A stretch of DNA of 64,000 nt from Octopus sinensis (GCF_006345805.1 NC_043008.1:15004001-15068000); one strand, 5' to 3'. Positions 41,822 through 56,544 are shown, numbered from the stretch's first letter. Program-made: numbers and translations. The notes: generated by a model not told the origin, from the letters alone.

Positions 41822-42705
41822 ATATATATACGGATATGTATATGTATATGCAGATGGATATATATATATATATATTTATATATATACTTTTATGTATTTA
41901 TATACAATCTGTATGCGTGTGTGTGTATGGGGGTGTATCTATATTAGTCAATATCTAGATTAATCGATCGAGTGTTCCTTTCATTTGTTGGTCCACCCTT
42001 CTTTCTTGCTTGCTCCAAATAAAATGTTTAACATATTTTCACTATTTTAAAAAGTGTGAAAAATAGTTTCAGCTCTTCCGTACTAAGAATTTTGGTATTA
42101 TTTCAGTACTGTGATGACTATAATTCGCATCTAGAAGCAAGCATGCTTACGTGATTAAGAGCTCGTCCTGCAACCATACGGTGTTGGGTTCAATCTCAGT
42201 GTGTGGCGGCATCTTGGGTAAGTGTCTTCTACAATAGCTGAAATCCGGTCAATAACCTCGGATTGAATTTCATAGATGGAAACTGTGTGGAATCGCGTAG
42301 TATTTACTTGCATGCATATATATGTATGTATGTATATGTGTGGGTTTGTGTCTATTCCTGTATGTATTAGTGTCTGTGTTTGTTACACCGCTTAACACGC
42401 GTTGCTGCTCTTTTCTTTGTTTGTTTGTTTGTTTGTTTGTTTCTTTGTTTCTTTCCTTCTTTGTTTCTTTCTTTCTTTCTTTCTTTTTTCTTCTTTCTTT
42501 CTTTCTTTCTTTCTTCCCTCCTCTCTTTCTATCTTCGTAACAGCGATTCAGCAAACGAGAAACGAGAACTAAGTACTGTGTTCGATCTTATTTTTTTATT
42601 ACCCACAAGGGGCTAAACACAGAGGGGACAAACAAGGACAGACAAACGGATTAAGTCGATTATATCGACCCCCGTACGTAACTGGTACTTTTTTCATCGA
42701 AATTT

Positions 42706-42977
42706 CATTTCGGTACCGGTTTCAGTCATTGAGACTTTCTCAACTGTAAGTATGGAAAACAATTAAATTTTGGAAAAAATTAAAAGAAAGTCTTTAAAAG
42801 CATATTTGCACAGTGTTCAAATACAAGGAGCATTTTCCTTGTTTCTGCCTGTCTCTGTCTCTCTTCTTTACTCTTGTAAGTTCTAGGTCATTGTGAATTT
42901 TAATTTTTACCAAAATTTTATTGTTTTCTAATCTTACAGTTGAAAAAGTGTCAATGACTGAAACCGGTACCGAAATG
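42706..42977. mobile_element. MITE with about 80-bp inverted arms
   Basis: CATTTCGGTACCGGTTTCAGTCATTGA...TCAATGACTGAAACCGGTACCGAAATG. Flanked by TTT on both sides and abuts a truncated SINE. Confidence 0.85.
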
Positions 42978-43086
42978 TTTTCTATAATATTATTTTAGCA
43001 TTTTTTACCTTGACTATTTTTTACCATATATATCAACTCGTGTGTTCCTTTTCAACCTTCTACACACACACACACACACACACACA

Positions 43087-43143
<57 letters not shown>

Positions 43144-43421
43144 ACACATACACACACACACATATATATATATATATAAACATTATTCACAATAGATGTT
43201 TTTGAGTTGCCTCAAAAATTAGCCAAAGGACTGATTAGATGAAGCCATTCTAAATATAGGGAGTTTGCTTCAATTCATTATAGATCACTCAGTTTATTGT
43301 TGCTTTTGCATCTAGTTAAAAAATAGACAACTCGACTAGAAAACACGCTCTACCATTTAAAGAAAATGGAAGGATATATTCCTTGAGGCATTGTCCTTGA
43401 AAATAAAATAAATTATATGTA

Positions 43422-43585
43422 GGCGCAGGAGTGGCTGTGTGGTAAGTAGCTTGCTTACCAACCACATGGTTCCGGGTTCAGTCCCACTGCGTGGCACCTT
43501 GGGCAAGTGTCTTCTACTATAGCCTCGGGCCGACCAAAGCCTTGTGAGTGGATTTGGTAGACGGAAACTGAAAAGAAGTCCGTCG
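43422..43585 (+). mobile_element. tRNA-derived SINE family 3 left module (CORE-like motif ACCTTGGGCAAGT)
   Basis: GGCGCAGGAGTGGCTGTGTGGTAAGTAGC...GGTTCAGTCCCACTGCGTGGCACCTTGGGCAAGTGTCTTC...GAAGTCCGTCG followed by (TA)n. Other copies at about 7715, 20560, 42140, 47774 and 59245 (+), and 59920-60050 and 5210-5345 (-). Confidence 0.85.
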
Positions 43586-43587
43586 TA

Positions 43588-43635
<48 letters not shown>

Positions 43636-43689
43636 GTATATATGTATATATATAATAATCATAATAATATTAGTAATAATAATAATAAT

Positions 43690-44777
43690 AACAACAACAA
43701 CAATAACAACAACAATGATAATAACAATAATAATAATAACAACAACGACTATAACAACAGCAACAACAATAATAATAATTATTATTTGTATTATAGGCAA
43801 AAGGTCTGAAATTTGGGTGAGGGGGTTTACATCGACCCCAGTACTCAACTGGTACTTAATTTATAGAACCCCCCCCCCCCCCCGAAACCCCGAAACGATG
43901 AAAGGTGAAGTCGACCTCTGCGGAATTTGAACTCAGAACGTAGCGACGGGCGAAATAATTATTATTATTTTGTTTTTTCTAAGGCAGTGAGCTGGTAGTA
44001 TCGTTAGCATACTGGCGAAATGCTTACCGTTATTTCGTCTGCCGCAATGTTCTGAGTTGAAACTCCGCCGAGGTCATCTTTGCCTTTCATCCTTTCGGGG
44101 TCGATTAAATAAGTACCAGTTATACACTGGTGACGATGTTATCGACTTAACCCTTTCCTCCAAGTTTGAGGCCGTGTACTTCCAGTAGAAATGCGGATGA
44201 TTATTATTATTTTAAAAATCATAATAATAATAATATAATAATAATAATATAACAACAACAACAATAACAACAACAATGATAATAACAATAATAATAATAA
44301 CAACAACGACAATAACAACAGCAACAACAATAATAATAATTATTATTTGTATTATAGGCAAAAGGTCTGAAATTTGGGTGAGGGGGTTTACATCGACCCC
44401 AGTACTCAACTGGTACTTAATTTATAGAACCCCCCCCCCCGAAACCCCGAAACGATGAAAGGTGAAGTCGACCTCTGCGGAATATGAACTCCGAACGTAG
44501 CGACGGGCGAAATAATTATTATTATTTTGTTTTTTCTAAGGCAGTGAGCTGGTAGTATCGTTAGCATACTGGCGAAATGCTTACCGTTATTTCGTCTGCC
44601 GCAATGTTCTGAGTTGAAACTCCGCCGAGGTCATCTTTGCCTTTCATCCTTTCGGGGTCGATTAAATAAGTACCAGTTATACACTGGTGACGATGTTATC
44701 GACTTAACCCTTTCCTCCAAGTTTGAGGCCGTGTACTTCCAGTAGAAATGCGGATGATTATTATTATTTTAATAATC

Positions 44778-44780
<3 letters not shown>
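43690..44780. repeat. About 560-bp near-identical tandem duplication containing two head-to-head SINEs and (AAC/AAT)n
   Basis: AGGTCTGAAATTTGGGTGAGGGGG occurs at about 43802 and 44363 (offset 561). The downstream offset is about 557 because of a poly-C length difference. Confidence 0.88.
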
Positions 44781-44812
<32 letters not shown>

Positions 44813-45019
44813 CCTTTCTATTACAGACACAAAGCCTAAAATTTGTGGGGATGGGGATACTCGACTGCATCGACCGCCCTACTTGACTGATATTTTATTT
44901 ATCGACCCCGTAAGGATAAAAGACAAAGACGACCTTGGCGGAATTTGAACTCAGAGTGTAAATACGTACACAATTCCGAGATGCACTTTGCCCAGTGTGC
45001 TGACAATTCTTCCATTCAC

Positions 45020-45170
45020 TACTACTAGTACTACTACTACTAGTACTACTACTACTACTACTACTACTACTAATTGAACACACTTTGTATCCAGAACTAT
45101 GCAGCTACGCTCGTTTATTAAGAAAATGGAGCAAGAAATAAAGATCAAGAGGAAAAAGAAAAGAAATATA

Positions 45171-45212
<42 letters not shown>

Positions 45213-45972
45213 GCGGCGGCGATAGATGATGCTAATAATGATGACGATTACGATGATGATGGTGATGATGGTTATGACGATGATGATAATGATGATGATG
45301 ATAATGATGATATTAATGACAGCGTCTACGTGGATGATGGCGGTGGTGAAGTCGAGCAGGATGCATTCATCAAGATTATGGAAATCTTATAATTAGAGCT
45401 AGACGTTGTTTCAGTACATCACTTAGTCATAAGTTTAGATGCACCGCACTGCTATTTATTCGTTATCCTTTAACCTCACTCACTCACTCACTCACTCACT
45501 CACTCACTCACTCACTCACTCACTCTCTCTCTCACTCTCTCGCTCACTCACTCACTCACTCTCTCTCTCTCTCACTCTCTCTCTCATACACTCACTCACT
45601 CTCTCTCTCACTCTCTCTCTCACTCACTCTCGGTCTCTCATACATGCACACAAACACATATACGCATGAAAATACACATACATATGCAAACACACATACA
45701 TACATGCATGCATGCATAAATGCATACAGGCATACATACACACATGCATGCATATATACATACATATATATATATCAATACGTACATACATGCATACATA
45801 AACGTATATATGCATTTATATATTATATGTGTGTGCATATATACGCATATATTAATATATATATATATGTATAAATAATATATATATATATTTATATATA
45901 TAAATAATATATATATGAACGACATATATATATATATATACATATATACATGCACACACACACACACACACA

Positions 45973-46005
<33 letters not shown>

Positions 46006-46026
46006 TACATATATATAGTATATATA

Positions 46027-46058
<32 letters not shown>

Positions 46059-46254
46059 CTTGTATCCATATATTTTTATTATGCAAAATATCTGATACGC
46101 ATGCAACCATACTACCATACACCACAAGGCTATACATACATGACAACACATGACATTAGAGATAGAGAAAATAAGCACAAAGTGAGAATGGAATAAAATA
46201 CAGAGAAACTACAGCAGCGATAGCAGAGGCGGCGGCAGCAGCAGCAACAGCAGC

Positions 46255-46297
<43 letters not shown>

Positions 46298-46490
46298 ACG
46301 GTAATGGTGGTGGTGGTGGTGATGGTGGTGGTAGTGAAGAATAAGGAAGAAAAGCGATGAAGCAGGAAATAGTGACAATGCTGCGGTCTAGAGATCGTGT
46401 ATTATGTATCTTTTGCGATCTTAATTGCATGATATAGATTGCATGAAGAACGCATACTTAGTGTCTGGAGTAATATATACAGTTTGATTA

Positions 46491-46523
<33 letters not shown>

Positions 46524-46524
46524 C

Positions 46525-46587
<63 letters not shown>

Positions 46588-46785
46588 CAGATAGATAGAT
46601 AGATATATAGATTAATAGATAGAGAAGGGGTGAGGGAGAGAGAAAAAGAGAGAGATAGAGATAGATAGAGAAAGGGAGAGAAGGAGAGAAAGAGAATCAA
46701 CGGTTAGACAAATCACGGGAAATTAAAGTTCATTCACGAATACTAGATATGCATGCATTTATATATATATATATCTGATTGTATG

Positions 46786-46817
<32 letters not shown>

Positions 46818-47030
46818 CATAGTATAAACATATGTATATATATGCATATACATAGATACATACTTATAATCATATATACATATATTATATATATAAATGT
46901 ATACATATGTGCATGTATATATATATATATATGTATATATATATGTATGTATACATATATGTATGAACATGTATGTGTGTGTATGTATATGCATAAATAT
47001 ATACAATATGTGTGTGAGTGCCTGTAGTTC
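45020..47030. repeat. Microsatellite mosaic (ACT, GAT, CACT, TA, TAG, TGG, TAGA)
   Basis: Directly visible. Confidence 0.95.
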
Positions 47031-47773
47031 CACATATTGATATATTTCGAGTATAAAAGCTATGGCGTATTTCAAAACTATACCTTCTTACAGAATATAT
47101 CTACAGATTTTAGCTAACACTGTTTGACAGAAAAAACACTGTTAACGCACCAGTTACTTATTAATCGAACCAATTACCAAGAAGGTAGTATATATATATA
47201 TATATATATATGAAGAATTGAATCTTCTTTTGCGAGCATGAACGATTGCTAGTGGCGATCCGCCAAACAACATCATCACTGCTGCACTTAGAAACAATAC
47301 AATGCCTTTTGAAGAATCATTGATCAGATAGAGCGGAAGAAAAAAGGAATTTATTCGATCCTATATGCTTATCAGACAACACATTGACACCCTGGATGTC
47401 ATAATGGAAAATTGTGGCAAGATTGATGATGATAGAGAAATGGAGACACAACCCAGAAGTCTCTTTGATCCAGTGGTCCCTCAAAAGAATGCACTCCCAC
47501 CCCTGTGAATGACCAGGTAGATAAGGATCGGGGAGCCAAGGAAGCAACAACCAGAAGCCCAGTCAGTATTTTTACTACATATTGGGGGCCTGTTGCTTCA
47601 TAACAAAAGCAACATTATTTTCCTGAGCGACCTTGCTGCATGCAATCAAGCCCTATGCGTATATCTATAATAACTGCTATTTCTAAATTTCGGTATGTGG
47701 TGAAGCCAATTTTGCTGAACCCTAATTATAATTATGCTCATAATTGCAAAATTTATATATATATATATACATA

Positions 47774-48170
47774 GGCGTAGGATTGGCTGTGTGGTAAGTA
47801 ACTGGTTTACCAATCACATGGTTCCGGGTTCAGTCCCACTGTATGGAACTTTGGGCAAGTGTCTTCTACTATAGCCTCGGGCCGACCAAACCCTTGTAAG
47901 TGGATTTGGCTGGCGGAGACGGGAAGAGGCCCGTCGTATATATGTGTATGTATAGGTGACGTGTGTGTGTATATGTTTGTATCTGTGTTTGTCCCCCCAA
48001 CATCGCTTGATAACCGATGCTGGTGTGTTTACGTCCCCGTAACTTAGCGTTTCGGCAAAAGGGTTCGATAGAATTAGTAGTAGCCTTACAAAGAATAAAT
48101 CCTGGGGTCGAATTGCTCCAGCATGGCCACAGTCAAATGACTGTAACAAGTAAAAGAGTAAAAGAGTATA
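47774..48170 (+). mobile_element. Complete composite SINE family 3: left module, TA/TG microsatellite, right module
   Basis: The left module ends GGCCCGTCG. A short TA/TG tract follows, then the right module TGTTTGTCCCCCCAACATCGC...GCTCCAGCATGGCCACAGTCAAATGACTG...GTAAAAGAGT. Confidence 0.82.
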
Positions 48171-48812
48171 TCGATATTTATATGGGGCCCTCTACTGTCG
48201 TAAACAGCACATGACAGGGTTCGGCAACTTTTTGCTGTTTATAGGGATCAAATGTTTGTGCAGTATATTAACTCGCTCCCTCCATCATAATGCCATTTCC
48301 TGTACCGGTGCAAGGTGTGCCACATGTGATGAAATCAAAGTGATCGCAGAGGAACGGCAAAGGGAAATGGAGTGTTCGGATGAAAAACACAACGCTCCTC
48401 CCGGTCCGGGATTTGAGACCACGAGCTTGCGAACAACCCTCTGACACCTCGCCTCCCCCAACACGTATATGTGTGTGTGTGTTTGTGTATGTAGTGTAGA
48501 TAAGTATATGATTACGGCTTCACTAACGGAATCTCTTAATAGCTGCTCACTGCTCCCTTTAAACGTAGCCGCCAACAGAATAATTGTTTCTAACTTCGAA
48601 CCTCTTGGTTGTTGCAGGTAATTATCACCTAGATTATACCATCTGTCTTCACCTTAATTCACCTTTGTTCGCTCACATCTGCAGTAAACACAATTCCGTT
48701 CTTATATTTCTGTCACCAAATCCTGCTACTGAAAACTGAACTATTCAGAAGAAGAATATCAAGGAGTTTTACACGGAGCAACTCTTTGAAAGCAAGGTTA
48801 TTGAAATATATA

Positions 48813-49427
48813 CAGTAATCCCTCGTCACATCGCTGTTCACCTATCGCGGTTTAGTATTTAAGTTTATGTCGATTCCTCTGCGGTGTTGTTTTGCATATA
48901 TAATAAAACTAGCAGTATCGCCCGGCGTTGCTCGGGTTTGTTTCGACCCTTTAGAATTGGAAGTTTTGAAAAGTAAAAATTCTGCATTATGTAGCTTGTT
49001 ATTCTCTTTAAGTGAACATTTTTCTAGTTGAAATACACCGATAAATGGCATCACAGCAGTCAAAAAATCGTAAAAAATAGGGATTTTCTTAGAAAAAATA
49101 AAGCACCTTTTTGATGTAAATAAGTTTTAGTCTTAACATTGTCCGATTTGAATTTTATCTTCTACGGAATGAAGAGCAAGCCTTCTTCTATCATACTCTC
49201 AATTTTGGTCAACTTGCGCCGCAGGTTCTCGGAGGAGATAGTGTTAGTTGAAGGCTACCAAACCTGCCACTCACAGACAACTTCAGCTTTATATATATAG
49301 ATAAATATATACAAATTGTAAAAAAAATAATAATAAATTATACAGTACAATACTGCTTTTACTCCGCAGATTTTCACCTATGGCGGTGGTTTGGAACGTA
49401 ACACTCGCGATAGTCAATGGGTTACTG
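48813..49427. mobile_element. Tigger/pogo-like MITE hosting a Helentron-like insertion
   Basis: Ends CAGTAATCCCTCG...GGGTTACTG. Related ends occur at about 4674-4740 and 15080-15200. Confidence 0.65.
48908..49302 (+). mobile_element. Non-autonomous Helitron/Helentron-like element (copy 1 of 3)
   Basis: 5' ACTAGCAGTATCGCCCGGCGTTGCTCGGG hairpin and 3' CAGACAACTTCAGCTTTATATATATAG. No TIR or TSD. Confidence 0.65.
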
Positions 49428-49796
49428 CATATGAATGTGGAGGTCTGTGCATGCAGCAGCGTGTAAATGTCACTTATCTATTATCTCCCTTTACTATTAC
49501 CTTAAAACTCTTTATTTTATCTCCTTCCACCTTCCGTTTCACTTTCCGTTACGATAACACAAACATCCCTCCTTGCTTCGGCTTCTAAATTCTTTTCACT
49601 TCCTTCCGTTCCTTCTATTCTCTATTTCTTCCCTTCATTTCTTCAATGGAGATTTAATTGTTTGAAACAATAAATAACCTTGTCCTGGGTTTCTTCATTC
49701 CAGCATGAGATTATATATTGACTTCCGGTTTCTGTTGATTGATTGTGATAGTTTTAGGACACTTCCTTGGTTCAGATATGTAAATATTTATATCGT

Positions 49797-49842
<46 letters not shown>

Positions 49843-49847
<5 letters not shown>

Positions 49848-50181
49848 GGTTTGGAGATGATGTACAGGTATTTTATATTAGAAGAAATGAGGTACTCAGA
49901 AATTCGGATGGTTTTATATTAACAGATATTTATTTGTATATTTCATGTTTTTACACATCATATATCATATATATGATATATGATATCAAATTGATTTGAA
50001 AACCCCACTAGAATGGGAGAAAGTGCTATCGTCTGTTATATATGATATATGATATAAGTTATATGATGTATAAAAACATGTAATATACAAATAAATATCT
50101 GTTAATATAAAACCATCCGAATTTCTGAGTACCTCATTTCATCTAATAAAAAATACCTGTACATCATCTCCAAACCTTCTA
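49843..50181. mobile_element. Foldback element with about 122-bp near-perfect arms, embedded in (TA)n
   Basis: TAGAAGGTTTGGAGATGATGTACAGG...CCTGTACATCATCTCCAAACCTTCTA. About 4 mismatches over the first 120 nt, with TA tracts on both sides. Confidence 0.9.
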
Positions 50182-50485
50182 ATATATATATATATATATA
50201 TCACTTCGACACCTGACGCGAGGTACACCGTGTACCTATGCAGGTGAAGTCGATCTGATAGCGAGAGTAAACTAATGTAAAACGCATACATTTGATCATT
50301 ATGAACAAATCATATGTGCAGGTCATTCGGCAAAATTAACTCATGAAGCATTGGTCGGCCCGGGGCTAGAGCAAAAGTCACTTGCCCAAGATGCTACACA
50401 GTGGGACTGAACCCGTAACCGTATAGCTCCAAATTTGCTTGAGCTAATAATGAATGACATATTTATTATATGTAGTCCTGATTTA

Positions 50486-50976
50486 CCGTAAATCCTCGAG
50501 TATAATCCGCATTTTTTCCCCAAAATTTAACGGTCAAAATCCCTAGTGCGTACTATATACGAGGTTAAAAATGAAAATTATTTTCTAAGTTGTCTGGCTA
50601 TGTGTATTCAGACGCATTTTGTGATGTCGGATGTGAAAATGCCTTAAGCTAAGCCTGAAAGCAATGAAGTCATAAAAGGATCATCCATAACTTGCAATAA
50701 GCAACATTTATTAAACGTTATTACTGTTATTTCTTTATTTTATGCAAACAAAATGCACAAAAAAGCTACACGTTTGCCTTATGTTATATATACAATAATA
50801 ATAAAGGACGTTAGCGTATACATTTTTACAAACCAAGGACGTTATATTGACCTCCTTGACTCAAGTTAGAGAAGGGGTGCGTATTATACACAAGGTTTAG
50901 ATTTTTCAGAGGTACAGCCCCCTAAAACCCCCCAGCGTATTATACTCAAGGGCAGACTAGACTCGGGGATTTACGG
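50486..50976. mobile_element. Tc1/pogo-type MITE
   Basis: TIR CCGTAAATCCTCGAGTATA / TAGACTCGGGGATTTACGG (17/19 match) with TA on both flanks. Confidence 0.8.
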
Positions 50977-52014
50977 TAATTGAAATTCTGACTATCTCAG
51001 CCATAGCAGAAACCGTTGAGTAACTGTCATAGAAAAAGGGGAGATAATTTCTAGAAATTAGGGATTAATTTCACAAATTTAATATTATACATTGTTAGGA
51101 GAGAATATATAAAAAGAATGGTGTGGAATGGAGATGTAATTCATCGTGTATTGTAGAATTACTTTTATTCTTCGGTGATAACGCAACAACTGCAACAAAG
51201 AAATCAGAGCCACGTTTCTGTTTTCTTCGGTTCCTTGATTTTTTAAAAGATATTTTTTAATATATTCGACTTCACACCCGTCTATCGTTACTAATTATCC
51301 TTTTCTAGATAAGAGTAAAACAATAACAACAACAACAACAACAACAATAATAAAACAACACACGAAAGCTTATATTTCTTATTAGAAATTTTAAGTACAT
51401 TATTTTTCTGCTGTGTTTTTTTATTTTTTTTTTCCAATTTCGATTTTCTGTTGCCTCGCCTTTCTGCCTCCTGTTTATTTGACGTTGAAATGCATTTCCA
51501 CACACAAAAAGCGAATTGTAACTTATTGCAAAAAGGAAGGAATTAATCAAAAAAAAAAAAAAAAAAAAAAGGAAAAATTAAAAAAAAAACGTGTAGTAAT
51601 AACATTTGCTTTGTTTTACACCAATTAATCCCCCGAATTTCTTGAACACGTTGAAATTTTTTTTTTCCAGCACGCAAAGTGAAAACAACAGCCACACATG
51701 TATATGTATGTATATTTATGTATGTATATATATATGTGTATGAATATGTGTGTGCATTGCGTATGTTGTGTGTGTATGTATATTGTGTGTCTGTATGGTG
51801 TAAAAGGATAATGAAAGAAAAAATCAAAAGAAGAAAATAACTGAGTCACAGATATATTGTTACTTGGTACTGTGCTTGATGGATATATATATATATATAC
51901 ATACATACATACATACATGCATACATATATATATATATATGTATAAACATATATAATATATATATATACACGCATATACACATACATGAGTGTATATATG
52001 TGTGTATATATATG

Positions 52015-52048
<34 letters not shown>

Positions 52049-52187
52049 TATGACAATGTTTAAGGATTATGTTGTAAAGAAAGAAACAAGAGAAAGAAAG
52101 ACAGTTTGATTAAAATGAAACAAAAAATGGAGAAAATTCACCTTTCAAAATAATAATAATAATAATAATGATAATAAAAAAAAAAAA

Positions 52188-52228
<41 letters not shown>

Positions 52229-54057
52229 CAACACCAACCAGAACAACCACAACATTCACATCAACAAAAATTACAACAACAACAACAATAACGACAACAA
52301 CAACGACAATATTTTCTATTCGCAAATATCACTTTTCACACGCATATTTATTGTAACTATTGCGAAATATTCTCAACAATGGCGACAATCAAAAGCAATA
52401 TGGCGTTTTATGGCTCCGTGATTGCGCGCCAATAATTTTACTCCGTGTATGAAAATTAATGTAATTTAGAAGCAGAAATATCTCTGTTTGTACGATGAAT
52501 TACTTGATTGAAGAGAACACACACTAATTTTTGTTATCAGCATTTCGCATCTTATCAGAATTGAATAAGGTTGAGTCGAAAGGTTAATGTAAAATCGTTT
52601 ATAAAACGTGTATTTTAGCTCAAATTTTGTTCCGTGTCGTACATCTTACCTTTGTCCAAAATCCTTAACAAACTCAAAAGCTCAATCTACGTATATGTAA
52701 ACAGACTCAACCACTTGCTATAAATCTCTGGAGTACTGTTTCTATTTTGCATAAGCCTTATCTTTCTCACGATGCTACAAGCTCATTATTTGGAACTTAG
52801 TCCAATTTCGATGGCGTATAAGCAAGTGAGAGTACAGTACTCTATCAGTGAATGATAAGTCAGTATGTCGCATGGTTAACTTCGCAACGGTTGCTGGTAT
52901 TGAATTTCTGCTGAATGGATTGCAGCAACGTGAACATGTATTGTTTTAGTCAACCATACAACATGCCGCCATGTTGTAATCGAATCCGTGAAGTTTTGAT
53001 TAGGAGTTCAGTCTTCTAAACCGCTAGGCTATGTGCTTTCACGCCCACCTCATATACATAATCACACGCACACGCATACACTTTGTATTTATGTATGCAT
53101 GCACTTAGGCATGCCTGGAGGCATGTATGTATTTATGCATGCATATTTGTATATATATATATGTATGTACTTATGTATGTATGTATGTATGTATCTATGT
53201 AAATATGTCTGTTACGAGCTTACAGGCTTGACTGTAATCCAGTTTCATCCTGTATAAATGAGTACAATACTTATCCACTGAAGGAGATGCCAGTTTATTA
53301 CAGGATTAACCTCCAGCTATTGCTGGTACTCACTTTTAGCTAAGTGCCCTAGAGCGTCGTGGAATGAAACGCATTCTTCAAGAGCATAACGCGCAGCCTG
53401 TTCCAGGAATCGAAATCACAACTTTACAATCTCACGTAAGTTCAATACCGTGATATCTAGACAACGTGCTTTCGTGCATAAGTACAAAATAATAAATTTG
53501 GCGGGGGGGAACATTCGATTTGGATAATTACCATTCTCGCTCGTTTCATGTATGTGCAATAAACCCCCACCACCCGTAAAAATGGTCTGCAATAAGCAAC
53601 GAAAGCGTTGCATAAAATGATTGTTTTATTAACTTGTAATTTTTATTTGCCGTAACAGAAGGATGTATCTGTATAATGTTCATCTATGTGTTGAAATATA
53701 CCATATCAGTAGAATGAAGTTGAAATGAACTTATGATTGAAGTCTACGTCAGAGCTTCAAATATCCAACTGGTTATAATGATGTGATTTGTCTGAAAACA
53801 AAGTATTTCGTTCTAAGTATCGTAAGAGGAATCATGTTGATTCTATAAACAGCGCCAACGACTAACATAGTAAAACTATGTTTTTTTTATTGTTATTATT
53901 ATGTTGTTTTTTACACTAGCTGCATTGATATCTTAACTTGTACAGAAATAGTGTTCGCTAAACTTGTGTTTAGTAACTGTCAACTATCGTCTTTATATTG
54001 TCTGGGGATTTGATTAATCGCAGATATAATTATATATGCATTTATATGCAGACAGAC

Positions 54058-54100
<43 letters not shown>

Positions 54101-54745
54101 TAGATAGATACATACATACATACATACATACATACTACATACATACATACATACATACATACATACACACATTCATACATGCAAACAGACAGAGTGTGTG
54201 TGTGTGTGTACTTTGTGTCTGTTCCTGCGTTTGCTCTCTACCGCCGCCCGAGAACCGGTGTTGGTTTGTTTGCCTGTTTCTAACCTATCACTTCGCAAAT
54301 TGAATAAGTGCCAGGCTCAAAAATATGAGCATCAGAGTCGATTCATTCGACTCGAAATTCTTGAATGATGGTGCCCCAACATGGCCGCAGTCTAATGACT
54401 GAAGCAAGTAAACGATAAAAGAAAAGACGTAAATTCACACATACATTAATTCATACACATATACATACTCCATGCTTGCATACATTCATACATACATCCA
54501 AACATACATGCATGCATACATACATTTAAACGATGGGGTACTGTACAGTTCCTGGTTTTGGGTAAAAGAAAATACAGGAGAATCAATTAATTATGATTTT
54601 ATTCAGCACATTCCCGTCTTAGATTATCACAGTTATTGCAGCGGTCCTTCAGTTATTCTAAGTCCTGTAAAAGAACTCGGAAGTTTAGGCCTCCAAACAG
54701 ACCTTTCGTGATACCCTTAAAGACAAGAACTTTTCAGCACCTTTT

Positions 54746-54798
<53 letters not shown>

Positions 54799-54800
<2 letters not shown>

Positions 54801-55180
54801 TAGCAGTATAACCCAGCGTTGCTCAGGCTTGTTTTCTTTTCGACCCTTTACAATTGGAATTTTTGAAAAGTAAAGATTTTGCATCATATAGCTTGTTATT
54901 CTCTTTAAGTGAACATTTTTCTGGTTGAAATACACCGAAAAATGGCGACACAAAATCGTAAAAAATAGGGATTTTCATAGAAAAAAGGACCTTTTTGATG
55001 TAAATAATTTTTGGTGTTAATATGGTCCGATTTGAATCTTTTCTTCTACGGAAGGAAGAACAAGCCTTATATCATACTCTCAATTTTGGTCAACTTGCGC
55101 CGCAGGGTCTCGGAGGAGATAGTGTTAGTTGAAGGCTACCAAACCTACCATACACAGACAACTTCAGCTTTATATATATA
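54799..55180 (+). mobile_element. Helitron/Helentron-like element (copy 2)
   Basis: Colinear with 48908-49302, with TA tracts on both sides. Confidence 0.68.
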
Positions 55181-56152
55181 TATATATATATATATAAATA
55201 CTTGCATACATTCATAATATTTATAGACATAATACATACATGCATACATACACGCATCCATACATACACTCATTCATACATACATACAAGCTAATATATG
55301 ATGTCCTATTAAGTTTAAATTGTTAATAATTATAATATAAGTTTCGCTATTAACGAAGCGTTTTTAAAATCAGCGTTTGTCGAAATCGTTGCGTAAGTAA
55401 CAGAAAATTACTTAACTATATTAAAATTCCTAAATTTGCAGTCATTTACAAGTTTAACACTTCATGGAATGAGACAGTGCTGAAATTAATTCCATAGTTT
55501 AGTAATTATTGTAAACTACTCTATTAAAGATTCTTTTAGTTATTGGTAATGGCACATAATCGACATTTTAATCCATAAATTTAGTATTAAAAAAAAGAAA
55601 TTTTAAATGTCTTTCTGAGTTTTTTTTTTGTCATTCATATTTTAGTTGCCTTGGTTTTAAAGTGTTCTAATTAAAACTTCGTTGCTATCATCATTTGTTT
55701 AGAAGGAGATCAGGTTAGTGACAGCTATGGCAGAATGCAAGGCTAAATTCAGAATATTATTCTCTTTCGTAGCTGGATTTTGCCAGCGTCGATAAAACAT
55801 GTGCTGATAATATATTGTATTAAGGGTGGCGGATTTTCAGTTTCGGTAGAATTATGTTTTGGATATTTATTTCGTTTTTGTGTTAGGTTTGCAAATATTT
55901 TTCAAGTAAACTCGTGTGTTGAAACATCAAGCTATCGATTTTTTAATTGGTTAAATAGTTAACCAGTAGTTAAATAATAAAGAAGTAAAATAGAACCAGG
56001 CGGTCATTTTAGTAATAATGACCCCCTCCGAGATACAAAAATTAAGGTATTTAGTTACAGTGAAGTACGCTCTGAGTTCGAATATCGTCAAGGTCAGGAC
56101 AGCATTGCATTTAATCTTTATGAGGCCTCATAAAGGGAAGTATTAGTTAAAT

Positions 56153-56544
56153 ATCTCTCTATATAAAGCTGAAGTTGTCTGTGTATGGCAGGTTTTGTAA
56201 CCTTCAACTAACACTATCTCCTCCAAGACCATTCGGCGCAAGTTGACCAAAATTGAGAGTATGATAGAAGAAGGCTTGCTCTTCATTTCGGAGAAGAGAA
56301 ACTTCAAATCAGACCATGTTAAGATCAAAAATTATTTACATCAAAAAGGTGCTTTTTTTTCTACGAAAATCCCTATTTTTTACGATGTTTTGACTGCTGT
56401 ATCGCAATTTTTCGGTGTATTTCAAACAGAAAATTGTTCACTTAAAGAGAATAACAACCTACATAATGCAAGATTTTTACTTTTCAAAAAATCCAATTGT
56501 AAAGGGTCGAAAAAACCCGAGCAACGCCGGGCGATACTGCTAGT
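56153..56544 (-). mobile_element. Helitron/Helentron-like element (copy 3)
   Basis: Reverse-complement colinear with copies 1 and 2. Confidence 0.68.
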
